From contig NC_042999.1 of NCBI RefSeq assembly GCF_006345805.1, positions 149,668,001 through 149,732,000 of the forward strand: a DNA stretch of 64,000 bases. The letters are read 5' to 3'. A program made the position numbers and the translations under genes. The DNA comes from Octopus sinensis. Its lineage: Eukaryota. This document shows positions 37,330 to 50,530 of this stretch, in pieces (the first letter of the stretch is position 1; the number at the start of each line of letters is the position of its first letter). The notes below the pieces were generated by a model. That model was not told the DNA's origin, ran no database searches, and was given only the letters and a program-made list of their open reading frames with translations.

Positions 37330-37970
37330 TGGCTGTCATGAGACTATATACATACATACATATGTGCATATGTGCTTGTATGTATGTATGTATGTATATA
37401 TGTTTGTATGTAGGTATGTATGTATGTGTGTATGTATGTATGTATGTTTGTATGTAGGTAGGTATGTATGTATATATGTTTGTATGTAGGTATGTATGTA
37501 TGTGTGTATGTATGTATGTATGTTTGTATGTAGGTAGGTATGTATGTATATATGTTTGTATGTATGTTTGTATTATGTATGTATGTATGTATGTATGTAT
37601 GTATGTATGCATGCATGTATGCATGTATGTATGTATGTATGTATGTATGTATGTATGTATGCATGTATATATGTTTGTATGTATGTATGTATGTTTGTAT
37701 GTAGGTATGTATGTATGTATGTGTGTATGTATGTATGTATTATGTATGTATGTATGTATGTATGTATGTATGTATGTTTGTATGTAGGTATGTATGTATG
37801 TATGTGTGTATGTATGTATGTATTATGTATGTATGTATGTATGTACGTATGTATGTATGTACGTATGTATGCATGTATGTATGTATGTATGTATGTATGT
37901 ATGTATGTATGTATGTATGTATGTATGTATGTATGTATGTATGTATGTATGTATGTATGTGTGTGTGTAA
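37330..37970. repeat. (TATG)n array with ~76-bp higher-order variant units
   Basis: TATATGTTTGTATGTAGGTATG recurs at ~37397 and ~37473. Confidence 0.95.
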
Positions 37971-39214
37971 GTACGTACACAAGCATAAATACAAACATAT
38001 TCATAAACGCAAAGACAAACATACATATAGAGATTGTGATGGGAAACTTAACCGTTGCCCAATTGAATATCATCCCTTGATATTTGTGTCCCCGAGGTGA
38101 ATGAATCCACTCAGTCGCAAGCGTTTGGCCTTGTCTCCTGTGGACAACTTATCTCTTCCTCCCAAGATTCACAGACGTTCGTAAAATATAATGAGTACTG
38201 CCCTTCATCCGCTGTCTAATCCATTTTAAAATTCATTAAAAATCCATTAAAAACCGCATAAAAATCCATTAAAAAAGGAGAAAAAACATTCAGAGTCATG
38301 AGTGTCTGGTTAAGAAACCCGCTTTTCAACCTTGTGGTTTCGGGTTCAATCCCACTGCACGACACTTTGGGCAAGTGTTTTCTACGATAGCCCCGAATTA
38401 GCCAATACCCTGTGAGTGAATTTGGTAGACGTGAACTGGAAGAAGCCCGTTGTCTATACATATATGTGAGATACAGAGGTGGTCAATATAGGAAACTGGT
38501 TGTAATGCTCAAATGATTTGAAGATACACTTCGAAGTCTTTAACAAGATCTAAGTTCACAGGATAAAGAGTGAGTATTAGAAAACTCCAGGTGGACTGAC
38601 GTAGAGATAGTGGCACAGAGGAACACGATTGGGATTGATATATATAAATATACATATACACACGGAGATATATAGAGATATATGTAGAGAGAAATAAAAA
38701 TTCAAAAACACATATGTACTAACATATAGATAGTCATATATATATGTACTAACATATAGATAGTCATATATATAGACAAATAAATTTACGTGGAGTATAA
38801 AACATACAGAAAACTAAAAGAAAATGTATAATTTTTTTAAAACTCAACATCTGTTTCGAGGAGCTCGGAATTACGTAATAGATGTCATGTTCATAATTAG
38901 CAGATGGAATTTGCAAAAAGGCATGGCATAGATATGCAACCAGTAGATGAACGCGTAGAAACATTGCCATAATATCAGATTCTTTCGTCAAGAGTCAATC
39001 ATCCCCTCCTAACGAAGGCAGCCGGTATTACAGTAATGTTTACATGCAATCATCTAGCGATTGCAATCCATTACTTTTTGCACACTCCATCTACTAATTA
39101 TGAACATTACAACACAATCTCAAACATCAACAATACAACCAGCATCACTACCAACAACAACAACACAAACCCCAACAACGACAGTACCAACACAGCAGAC
39201 GCATAACTCAGAGT

Positions 39215-39370
39215 CTTGCCACATCCTGTGTAACGCTGAATTTCCCTGAGAGCTACATAAAGTGATGCGTGTGTTTGTGGAGTTCTCAAGCACTTGCATC
39301 TTAATTTCGCAAGTAAGCTGTTCCGTAGATTGGATCAACTAGAATACTTGTCGTCGTCACCGACGGAGAA
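39215..39370 (+). mobile_element. SINE-C 3' module fragment
   Basis: AACGCTGAATTTCCCTGAGAGCTAC...GTCGTCGTCACCGACGGAG. Confidence 0.7.
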
Positions 39371-39719
39371 CCTTTTAAAAGTAAAACCAACATAGCAGCA
39401 TCTACAACTATATTTTCGCTGCCACTACCAACAAACACTACTTATACTTCAAACAACAACACTTGTAGCTACTAAGTTTTGCTCAAAAACAAATTATTTT
39501 AAAAAAAAGGAAGGATACATTGTACAATGTAGTCCCAGGTACACTGTAAAGAAACAAGGAGTGAAACAATTTTTCGTTATAAGCCTGGTAGGAGGACATA
39601 AGAGCGTGTACATGTCTACTCACCACTACATAGTCAGCTAAAGGAATTAGCGAAAGCATGGTACGAGATATTCGATCATAGTCGCTTGCGAGTGACGGCT
39701 AAAGCGAAAGCTGTTTTTC

Positions 39720-40147
39720 ATAAACGTATGTGTGTGTGTGTGTGTGTGTGTGTTTATATGTGAATGTGTCATAGTATGTTTATGTATGTATGTACGTATG
39801 TACGTATTTATGTGTGTGCGTATGTGAGTGTGCATGTGTATATGTGTATGTTCGTGTGTGCATACGTGTGGGTGTGTGTATGTGGGTGTCATGCAACAAT
39901 TTCTCGTAGTATAACAGGAATGCATCTTAAAGCTGACATCCACTAGAGTGTTCCATAAACCAAGTTTAGAGTTGTGTGTGTATGCGCGTGTATGTGTGTG
40001 TGTGTGTGTGCGTGCGTGTGTATATGAGTGTTTGGGAGAGTGAGAGTGTTTGTGTGTGTAAATGGGAGCGTGTATGTGTGTGGGGGTGAGGGTTGCGAGT
40101 ATATACATGTATGTGTCTTTGAGTGTGCCCATATAAGTGTGCATGCG

Positions 40148-40187
<40 letters not shown>

Positions 40188-40453
40188 CGCACGCTTACGT
40201 GTATGTTTGCGTTTGTTAATGCGCAATTTCTGTTTAAGTACGTTCGTAAACACACAAGCACACATACACACATATACACACACGCGCACACTCAGCAATA
40301 ACAACAACAACGACATCAACAACAGCAACAACTCGGCACAAGGCAACACGAAAACTAAATCCAGTTTCTGGTGAAGCAAGAAAAGGACAAAGGTCAGAAC
40401 GAGAGGCTACAGAAGAAGAAACAATAATGGGAAATATAATGTAAAACCGTCTA

Positions 40454-40485
<32 letters not shown>

Positions 40486-41620
40486 TCAAACACACACGCA
40501 CACATACATATACACATACACAAACACACACACACACACACATACACACACACAACCAGCACACACGCACACGCACGCACACACACTCAAAACAAACACC
40601 ACCACACATACACACTCACTCACACACGCATACACTCACACACGAACGCACATACATACACATACACAGTCACACACACATACTCATAAACGTAGACACA
40701 CATACACCCTCTCACACACACACATACACATACAGACACACATGCACACTCGCACACACAGTACATTCACACACGCGTGCACACACATGCACACACACAT
40801 ACGCACTCACACACATACACTCACACATACAAACACACACGCTCACACACACACATACACACTCACACACATACATACACTCACATACGCACACATACAT
40901 TCACACACACATATACACACTCGCACTCATACACACACATACACTCACACATACACACACATATATACACTCACACACACACACACCACACTCACACACG
41001 CACACATGCATTCACACACGCACATACATACACACGCATGTACACACATACATACACATACACAGTACACACACATACTCATAAACGTAGACACAATACA
41101 CCCTCTCACACACACCCAACAAAATACAGACAACACATGCACACTCGCACACACAGTACATTCCACACGCGTGCACACACATGCACACACACATACGCAC
41201 TCACACACATACACTCACACATACAAAACACACACGCTCACACACACATACCACACTAACACACATACATACACTCACATACGCACACATACATTCCACA
41301 CAACATATACACACTCGCACTCATACACACACATAACACTCACACATACACACACATATATACACTCCACAACCACACACACTCACACACGCACACATGC
41401 ATTCACACACGCACATACATACACACGTATGTACACACATACATACACATACACAGTTACGCACATATCATTACTACATTACATACATACATACATACAT
41501 ACATACATGCATACATACATACATACATACATACATACATACATACATGCATACATACATACATAATACATACATACATACATACATACATACATACATA
41601 CATACATACATACATACACA
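39720..41620. repeat. TG-rich then CA-rich complex repeats, including a 395-bp tandem duplication
   Basis: TACTCATAAACGTAGACACA at 40681 and 41076. Confidence 0.9.
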
Positions 41621-42399
41621 CACGCAAACAAAACAAGTGTAAAATAAGTGAAAAGAAATTGTTGTCATCTTTCCAAAATGGAGGGAATTTTGTTTGTGAG
41701 CGTCTGTTTTACCTGACTCATCTATATTTAATGTCTGAGTATGTTGTCAGTGTCCTAAAATGTTCATTGTATGCATTTATTTGGATTCCACTGCTTCTCG
41801 TCGACCAAAAAATGTCGACATCTTTGACTTTGATTCCTATATTTTCTGCCCTAGGTGTTGCTTTCGTTGCTTACAGTAACAAACTTCGTATTTTTAGTGC
41901 TGTCAGTCTTGTTCTTTTTTCGTTTACTTTTTTGGCATCAAATTTCAAATGTCTGTATAGTTGTACGGTAATATAGATAATCCCAGAGATGATAACATAT
42001 CAGACAATTTAGAAGAGATTGATAGCACGGTTGTTCCCGTCATGTTTACCGTTTCTGCCTTGTGTCAACAGGCAAGACACTAACTCTCACAGAAACGGTT
42101 CACAACATTACAATGAATCTCTATATGAGGTATATATGAATCTTCACGACTAGGAAGCTCTGTGGGAATAGAAAATTATTCGTAATACCACATTGGAGTT
42201 GTATTTTATTAATCTCGAAAAGATGGAAAGGTGAAGATAACCACATCATGATTTCAGTCCAGAGTTCAAACGGCCGGAACTAATGCTATATGTAATCGTT
42301 CGATTTGTAGGAAATAGCGACCAAATTTCTCTCACCTAAAACCCTGGTGTCATAAACAGAGAAAAACATATTAGATAATGTGGCTATAAATATTTCTAG

Positions 42400-42615
42400 G
42401 ACGGGAGGGCCATGGTTGGTTTGCTCAACAACAGACATCAAGAGGAATATAAAAGAAATGTCGCAAAAAATATGCTTCCTTGGCACAGCTAGAATCATTA
42501 GTAAAGTATTAAATGGTTGAAAACAACAAATAGCATGGTACTGTAGGCTGCAGGTAGAAATCCCGCTACGCATGACTAACTCTAGGAGTTCCGACAAAAC
42601 CGATTACCATTATTG
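42400..42615 (+). mobile_element. R4/Dong-like RLE LINE 3' end
   Basis: KEMSQKICFLGTARIISKVLNG* (LQK...LGTARI.R.VL C-terminal motif). Confidence 0.7.
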
Positions 42616-43228
42616 AGTGAGAGGGTAGTGCATGCTATCAAAGTGACACAGGGGTAAGATATACGAAGCCCAATATACCCATCATGACTACCCGTCTGAT
42701 AAGAGTACACCAGGCACATGCATCACAACCATATGTGCGCGGCATAGTGATCTCATATCAAGATAAACAGCGCATGACCTTGCAGGTGGGGCCCAGTTAG
42801 AACGCACACACATACATACACCTACACAGTCACACACACATACTCATACACGCAAACACACACAAATACACACTCACACACACACTCACACACACACACT
42901 GCTCAAAAGGATTGTTTAAGGATGTTGAAAGAACCACCCATGTTTCCAAAGGTGAATTATTCAAACCTCGAAGAATTCCTCTCAACACACGGCTATGATG
43001 CTCCCCCACTACTTCTGCTCGTGATCAGAGATGCACATATCGCCAGCCACTAAGGGACATGCTCAACTGTTTAATGTCAAGCAACTGACAAGCAAATTTG
43101 TGATATTGAACAGAAATTTGTTGTAGCCCATCTTTTATACCAAGACAAAACAATGTACATAATAGCACTTCCAATCAGTTGAGATGAGAAGCCATAAGAG
43201 CCACTGTCTGGTACGGCATCAGGGCAAT
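42615..43228 (-). mobile_element. Family F element (probable LINE 3' UTR) with a CA-rich replacement at 42802-42900
   Basis: Reverse complement of 49577-50125. Confidence 0.85.
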
Positions 43229-43545
43229 GAAAAACTCACAGCTTATTTTGCTGGGTATGATGGAAAGTGTCAGCTGTCCACAGCCAGCACACTAAGGTGA
43301 CACTTGTTTAATTGTTAAGGTTCAAGAACCCTGCGAAGAATTCTTGCAGTTCCAAGCAATGCCGATTTTTGTCGGTGATCTACTTTCACACTTGCACCAA
43401 TATTTTTTAGCCATGTTGGTAGTTGAGTGCTGATACTTCTGGAGTGCTGATACTGCTGGACAAGTCCCCCAACACACATTTTTTCAGGAACGGGGCACGA
43501 ACCATCTTTTGTCCCCGCTACTTTTTCCCAATTAAAAAACAAAGT
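43228..43545 (-). mobile_element. R4/Dong-like RLE LINE 3' end
   Basis: ORF 43315-43542 ends QKSALLGTARILRRVLEP*. Confidence 0.8.
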
Positions 43546-44556
43546 ACCACCGTCAATCTAGGTGGTATTATTGCATAGTGTCACGCTGGTGCAGAAGGAG
43601 CTAAAAATATGCGCAGTGAAGAAAAATTTCAGGAGCTGTTCAATACAGCAGTAAAAGTAATTTGTCAACTCGATATTTCTTCTTTGGAGCCACCCAGGCA
43701 ACGAAAAGTTCCTAAAAGATACCAAGAAGGAAATGCGTTAAACGATTAACACTGCATTGTTTTGGATCATTACAGAGTGCAGTATTTGCAGGTAATGGAT
43801 ACTGCAATGGCAAATTTGGAAGTTTATTTTTTTCACAGGATTTAGCAGATTATGAAAAACTGAGCAATATATGTACTCAATGAAAATTTTTGTGCTGAAG
43901 TGATTATACAGTATCCAGAGCTTGATGAATTTTCTTTCAGGAACGAAATACATTTTTTATAGAAATCATCATAGTGGATTATCTCTCTAGGATCATCATA
44001 AAATATTCGGTGAAATGCAACCAGAAGTCCATCGCATGTTTTCAAATGTTGAGCGATTGCTCAGGTTACTTTTAGTGTTTCCAACCGGTTCTTGTGAAGC
44101 TGAAAGATCTTTTAGCGCTCTGCAGAGGCTCAAAACTTGACTGCAATCGACCATGACTCAACAAATGTTGAATCATATTCTAATATGCCACGTTCGTAGA
44201 AACGTTTTGGAAAAGGTTAGTTGTGAAGAAGTTGCTAAATTATTTACTGACAGCAATGATGCGAGATATAATATATTTGGAAAGTTCTAAAAGACAATAA
44301 TTTTACTTTACATTTTTTTTTATTCAAACATCTATGTTTTATTTTTTTGTTTATTTGGTATAATAAGTTCCTTTTAAGCTTACTTTTTTTTTTATATCTG
44401 AACTTCATTTGAATATATAAAATTTAATTAGCGTAAAATTTTACCTATGTGATAGGGCCCGGGAAAGCCATCATAAGCACTACTAACATGCCCTTTAAGA
44501 ATCAACAAATGTTCGTTTATCCCCCACTCACATTTTTAAGGCAACTGAGGCCCCTG
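43545..44556 (+). mobile_element. hAT transposon 3' part, decayed transposase with dimerisation domain
   Basis: PPRQRKVPKRY; FSNVERLLRLLLVFPTGSCEAERSFSALQRLKT; candidate right TIR ...CTGAGGCCCCTG ending at 44556. Confidence 0.85.
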
Positions 44557-44664
44557 GGGACAGCTAGGATACTTGGGAAGGTTCTTGGCAGCTAAGGTTA
44601 CTTGTTGTAGCCCGATGTTAGGAAGTTTTCTTTTCCAACAGTCTGATCTGTTGAGTGTATATGA

Positions 44665-44674
44665 ATGTTGTTGA

Positions 44675-44708
<34 letters not shown>

Positions 44709-44769
44709 GGTGGTGGTGGTAGTGGTGGTGGTGGTGATGATGATGGTGATGATGGTGATGATGATGATG

Positions 44770-44807
<38 letters not shown>

Positions 44808-44931
44808 CAGTCTATTAACCAACAAGAGAGCCTATATTTTCCAACTCATGGATTTGTAAACAACGATACACAGACACACGCGCGCACACAAATATATACA
44901 TATACATACACATACATACAAACATATATAT

Positions 44932-44987
<56 letters not shown>

Positions 44988-45189
44988 AGAAAAACGGATT
45001 CGGAGTATTAAACGGAACTTACAGTAAGAGTTCCTGCAGAGGATCCGGCTATAAGGTAGCACAACCATTCAGATTTGATTTCTTCTTTTTTTCTTTTTTT
45101 GTCTCTCACTTCTGGATTCAAATACATACATACATACTTACATACATACATACATACATACATGCATACATACATACCTACATACATAC

Positions 45190-45220
<31 letters not shown>

Positions 45221-45250
45221 CATACATACATACATGCATGCATACATACA

Positions 45251-45284
<34 letters not shown>

Positions 45285-45433
45285 CATACATACATACATA
45301 CATACATACATACATACGTACGTACGTACATACATACATACATACCTACCTACATACAAACATACAAACATACATACATACATACATACATACATACACA
45401 CAACATACATACCTACATACAAACATATATACA

Positions 45434-45467
<34 letters not shown>

Positions 45468-45730
45468 CATACATACATACATACATACATACATACATAC
45501 ATACATACATACATACATACATACATACATACATAGCATATATGGCACAAAGGTTGTTGGAGTTGGAGATGGTACCGTCAAATGAATTCACCTCAAAGAG
45601 AATGAAAAGTCCCAGCACCAACTCAGAACATTCATGGACGCAACAGAATACGGGGAAGTAATTGGTTCGTCCGTAAACACCCTACTGTTTCTGTCCGTGT
45701 ACCACCTTCACTGTGTGTGTGTGCTTGTGC

Positions 45731-45763
<33 letters not shown>

Positions 45764-46155
45764 AGTATGTGTATGTGTGTGTGTGTGTGTGTGTATATGG
45801 ATGAGTGCGTGCTAGTGTGTGCTTGTGTGTGTGTGCTTGCTTGTGTGTGCTTGTGTATGTGTGTGTGCGTGTGTGCTTGTGTGTGTGTATATGGATGAGT
45901 GCGTGCTAGTGTGTGCTTGTGTGTGTGTGCTTGTGTGTGCTTGTATATGTGTGTGTGTGCGTGTGTGTTGTGTGTGTGCATGTGTGTGTATGGATGAGTG
46001 TGTGCTTGTGTTTGCTGGTGTGTGTATGTGTGTGTGTGTCTATGTGTCAGCGTGTGTGTATATGTGTATGCTTGTGTGTGTGTGTGTGTGTGTGTGTGTA
46101 TGCTTGTGTGTGTGTGTGCGCGTGTGCTTGTGTGTGTGTGCTTGTGTGTGTGTGC

Positions 46156-46218
<63 letters not shown>

Positions 46219-46250
46219 TGTGCGTGTGTGTGTGTGTTTATGTGTGTGTG
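44665..46250. repeat. Triplet mosaic (GAT/GGT/AAT), (TA)n, (TACA)n at 45120-45540 and TG-rich array at 45700-46250
   Basis: Direct inspection. Confidence 0.92.
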
Positions 46251-47821
46251 TTTCGTTTTTATTGGCTGTCTTGTATGCCGAAATATGGCTGCTGCATGCT
46301 GTAAGTGAATGAAGTAGACAACACTCCCCAGATGACTACTTCCAGTTCGTATCATGTTGCAATGGTGTTCATTTTCAAGGATTGACATACGCGAGCAGTT
46401 TATGTCCGACAGTAGCTTTCTTACTCAATGAAACCACCTAAAATACCATCGTTGATTTAAAACAGAGAAAAAAAAAACGTGAGATATGTCGTGCTGCTTT
46501 TGATAAAAAGAAACCCAATACAATATAGCAAAAAAATAAATACAATAAATAACTCATCTTTTTGCAACGATCTTTCGAAATCATGAATGATTTTGATGAT
46601 TAAGAAAATAAATAAATAAATGAGACCGTAAATGAATAAATTAGATGAAGGTTTATGTGAATGATTCATACAGACTAAATCACGCTGTGAAGATGTAAAA
46701 ATAGATAAGGTGAGGCATTTGTTACAGGATGTCTGAAGCTTGAAGCAAATAAATGTTTCGCAGTAGCATCGTTAATCGTCAGCTTATCGTTGTTTGAGTA
46801 ATGTCCTTCTCAATAAGAGGTGGCGGTCAGCCCAGGAAACCATTGAGTTATTGATGAGTCACCGAAGACTTCCTGTTCGTGTTTGCTATCGTTGATGCTG
46901 TTGCCGCCGCTGTTGTTGTTGTTGTTGTTGTTTTATTCTAGTTCATCTCTGATCGTGAAGGCTTATGGTCGAAGACAGTCCATAAGAAACATCCATTTTC
47001 GGTTTTATCATTTTTTAATTTTTTTGAGACAATATCTCTAGGTCTATGTTACTCATTGTATATTTTCATTTTTAAGGTACCAGGGTGTGATATGAGAGAG
47101 ATTCTCTAATTCTCTACCTCTAATCCATTTCTTGTACAGACCAATTTAAAGAGAATTGTCTATGGTCCTTTAATTTTTCAGGATTCCCACCCCTTACCCG
47201 ATACTGGTGGGAAGAAGAAGAGAACAAGCCGAAGATCTGGCCCTAAAACTTACAACAGAGTGAACTCCGTTAAAGGAACTCGAGGATCAACAGGTGATGC
47301 TTGACTCGGTGACAGAGTCTACTATACTTAAATACTGGTTTCAATTTTTTGCACAAGGCCAGCAATTTCGTAGGAGGGTCTAAGTCGATTACATCGAACC
47401 CAGTGCTCAACTGGCACTTATTTTATCGGCCTCGATAGGAACTCAATTTCTTTTATCTCTCCTATATTTATATGGCCATTGTTGGTGCAGAAGCCAAACC
47501 ATTTGCTATTCTAAACAGTCTTCCCCTGTTAGTTTCCTTCTCGTATGTGTACCCCTGACCAATGTATTAAAGTTGCTGACTCCTGTTCCCTCTTGTATTT
47601 TATGTCCGTTAACTGTTCAGGGGTCTGTTAGTTCTATGTTGGTTATCATTTATAATAAACGGGTTTACCTTGTGATCCAACCGAGACAACTAAGCAGGTA
47701 ACCAATACCATACGATTTCTCCACATCCCTGATACAAATAAACCTCACAACCCCTAAGCTGTCTAAAATACAGGTTTTGGTCCTTCATCCAAAACAAAAA
47801 AGAAATAAAGAAAATCCTACA

Positions 47822-48301
47822 TCGGCGCAAGTATAGTTGCATTGGCTAAGAAGTTTGCTTTGGAGCCATGTAGTTTCGTGTTCCATCCCGTTGTACGGCA
47901 CCTTAGACAAATGTCTTTCACTATAGCTCTGGGCCAACTAAAGACTTGTAAATGAATTTGAAAGCAACTGAGTGGAAGTCCGTCGTAAATATATCTTTAT
48001 ATATAAAACTGAAGTTGTGTGTGTGAGTGTCTGTCTACTTCGATTTAGATTCCTAACTACTCTCACATTTTGCGGTGCAGTTTAACCAAAACCGGGTATC
48101 TTATAGTCGTGATTCATATCGAGCCATTCTGGGTATTAGCGCGCGTCTACGATGAGTCTACGATTTAAAAAAAAATTTATCATCATTTTTTCGTTTTTTA
48201 ATGCATTTTTAACTCGGTTTTATATAAGGGAAGTAACTCTCTAAAAATGCTTATATAGTTATTTCCCTTACAAACCCGTGCAACGCCGGGCGATACTGCT
48301 A

Positions 48302-48388
<87 letters not shown>

Positions 48389-48600
48389 AGTGTCTGTTTG
48401 CGTTTGTACACACTACCAATACTTGACAACCGGTGCTGGTTTGTTTACGTCCGCGTAACGTTGGTTCGACAAAGAGATCGGTAGAATAAGTGTCCCAGAC
48501 TTAAAAATAAGTACAGGGAACGATTTTTCCCCACTAAACCCTTCAAGTTGGTGCCCCAGCATGGCCGCAATTCAATGGCTGAAACAAATAAAATATAAAA
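47822..48600 (+). mobile_element. SINE-D split by a Helitron in its internal microsatellite
   Basis: Head 47822-47993, (TA)n(TG)n and tail 48303-48600. Confidence 0.8.
47994..48302 (+). mobile_element. Non-autonomous Helitron, 309 bp
   Basis: A|TCTTTATATATAAAA 5' end; hairpin CCCGTGCAACGCCGGG at 48275-48290; ends CTAG|T; no TSD. Confidence 0.9.
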
Positions 48601-48761
48601 GCTTATATTAAGCGCAATCATCCTATCCGCCACTCATCAAACAAGATGACTCAGTAAATGGCACTCCTGCTGATAAATCTATCACATTAGCTACCCATTT
48701 GGCATCTGACTCTACGTTGCAACACACACACACACACACATTCGCACGCATACTACTACTA

Positions 48762-49302
48762 CTAATTATTATTCTTTCATTAGCCACAAGGGCTCACATA
48801 CAATAACATTAAAGGCCATGCAACAACATAAAAACGGAGCGATACAATAGGTTTTCCGCGTGTGAACAATATAAATTAACAATTAAAATTGAACAAATTA
48901 AAACTCCCAATAGGGGAAGCGGTTTAACCCTTTAGTGTTCAGATTACTCGGTTAAATGTAATACTTTTCCACTCAAATGTTTTGAATTAATCATGCATTA
49001 TCTTATATCTTTGAGGTTTCAATGATGTGATTGTTTATATTTAGAATGACATTGTCGGGTAGGTGTGAGAGGCCAGATATTGCCAGTTTGAATATAAAAC
49101 AAGTAGAATATCTGGGCCAGATATGGCCGGTTTAAACACTAAAGGGTTAAGGTACTCGTGGAAAACCTAGAAAAGCCACGGGTGCCTGATCAACAGGGTA
49201 AGAGCCCGTCTCCTTTAATTCTCTTTTTATAGGTGCACGCTCAGAATTGGTTCTATCACGCTGGCCATTCTTCCAACATTCACCCACCTTTCAACAAACT
49301 TG
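48762..49302 (-). mobile_element. Tx1/L1-like LINE 3' end (ORF2 C-terminus plus 3' UTR) interrupted by a MITE
   Basis: FVERWVNVGRMASVIEPILSVHL* with the stop at 49227-49229; 3' end GAGCCCTTGTGGCTAATGAAAGAATAAT; clade assigned from recalled similarity. Confidence 0.6.
48928..49146. mobile_element. piggyBac-type MITE, 219 bp
   Basis: TTAA|CCCTTTAGTGTT ... AACACTAAAGGG|TTAA. Confidence 0.92.
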
Positions 49303-49577
49303 CTATAATAATTGGTGCGTTGGGAACAGTAATCTGAGGAATAGACAGATGGCTGAAGGGGATTGAAACAGACTGCCTGGTAGAGCTCCTACAGAAAGTT
49401 TGCCTCTTAGGGGCAGCAAGGATTATCAGGAGGGTTCTAAGCACTTGAAAGACTACTGGAAACGTGTGCATACCTAAGGTTACAGGTAGTAACCCGCAAC
49501 CTCATAAATCCTACCAGGAATAAGACCAAACCTGAACTTTGTTTCTATAATAATGATGATGATGATAATAATAATAA
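49303..49577 (+). mobile_element. R4/Dong-like RLE LINE 3' end with (TGA/TAA)n tail
   Basis: IIIGALGTVI...LLQKVCLLGAARIIRRVLST*. Confidence 0.85.
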
Positions 49578-50124
49578 TAATAATAATGGCAGTGGCTCTC
49601 ATGGCTTCTGATCTTAACTGATTGGAAGTGTTATCATGTACATTGTTTTGTCTTGGTATAAAAGATGGGCTACAGCAAATATTCTGCTCAATACCACAGA
49701 TTTGCTTGTCAGTTGTTTGACCTTAACCAGTTGAGCATGTCCCTTAGTGGCTGACGATATGTGCATCTCTGATCACGAGCAGAAGTAGTGGGGGAGCATC
49801 ATAGCCATGTGTTGAGAGGGATTCTTTGGGGTTTGAATAGTTCACCTCTGGAAACATGGGTGGTTCTTTCAACATCCTTAAACAACCCTTATTCAGGGAC
49901 CGTTTGAGCGGGATGGGCTACTCAACCTGAAGAAAATTCTAACTGGGCCCCACCTGCAAGGTCATGTGCTGTTTATCTTGATATAAGATCACCATGTCGC
50001 GCACATATGGTTGTGATGCATGTGCCTGGTGTACCTTTATCAGACGGGTAGTCATGATGGGTATATTGGGCTTCGTATATTTTACCCCAGTGTCACTTTG
50101 ATGGCATGAACTGCTCTCTCACTC

Positions 50125-50163
<39 letters not shown>
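49577..50163 (+). mobile_element. Family F element with (AAT)n tail
   Basis: ~550 bp lying between two (AAT)n tracts; ends CTCTCACTC(AAT)n. Confidence 0.85.
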
Positions 50164-50530
50164 CCTTTCTACTATAGGTACAAGGCTTGAAACGTTGGGG
50201 GAGGGGACCAGTCGATTAGATCAACCGCAGTACGCAACTGGTACTTAGTTTATTGGCCCCGAAAGGAATGAAAGGCAAAGTCAACTTCGGCGGAATTTGA
50301 ACTCAGAACGTGAAGACGGACGAAATACCTATTTCTTTATTACCCACAAGGGGCTAAACACAGAGGACAAACAAGGACAGACAAACGGAGTAATTCGATT
50401 ATATCGACTCCAGTGCGTAACTGGTACTTAATTTATCGACCCCGAAAGGATAAAAGGCAAAGTCGACCTTGGCGGAATATCCACCAAGCATTTCGCCCGG
50501 CATGCTAACGACTCTGCCATCTCGCCGCCT
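50161..50530 (-). mobile_element. SINE-A plus SINE-B array
   Basis: Junction CGAAATACC|TATTTC at 50329; further SINE-A copies at 50545-50700 (minus) and 50990-51205 (plus). Confidence 0.88.
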
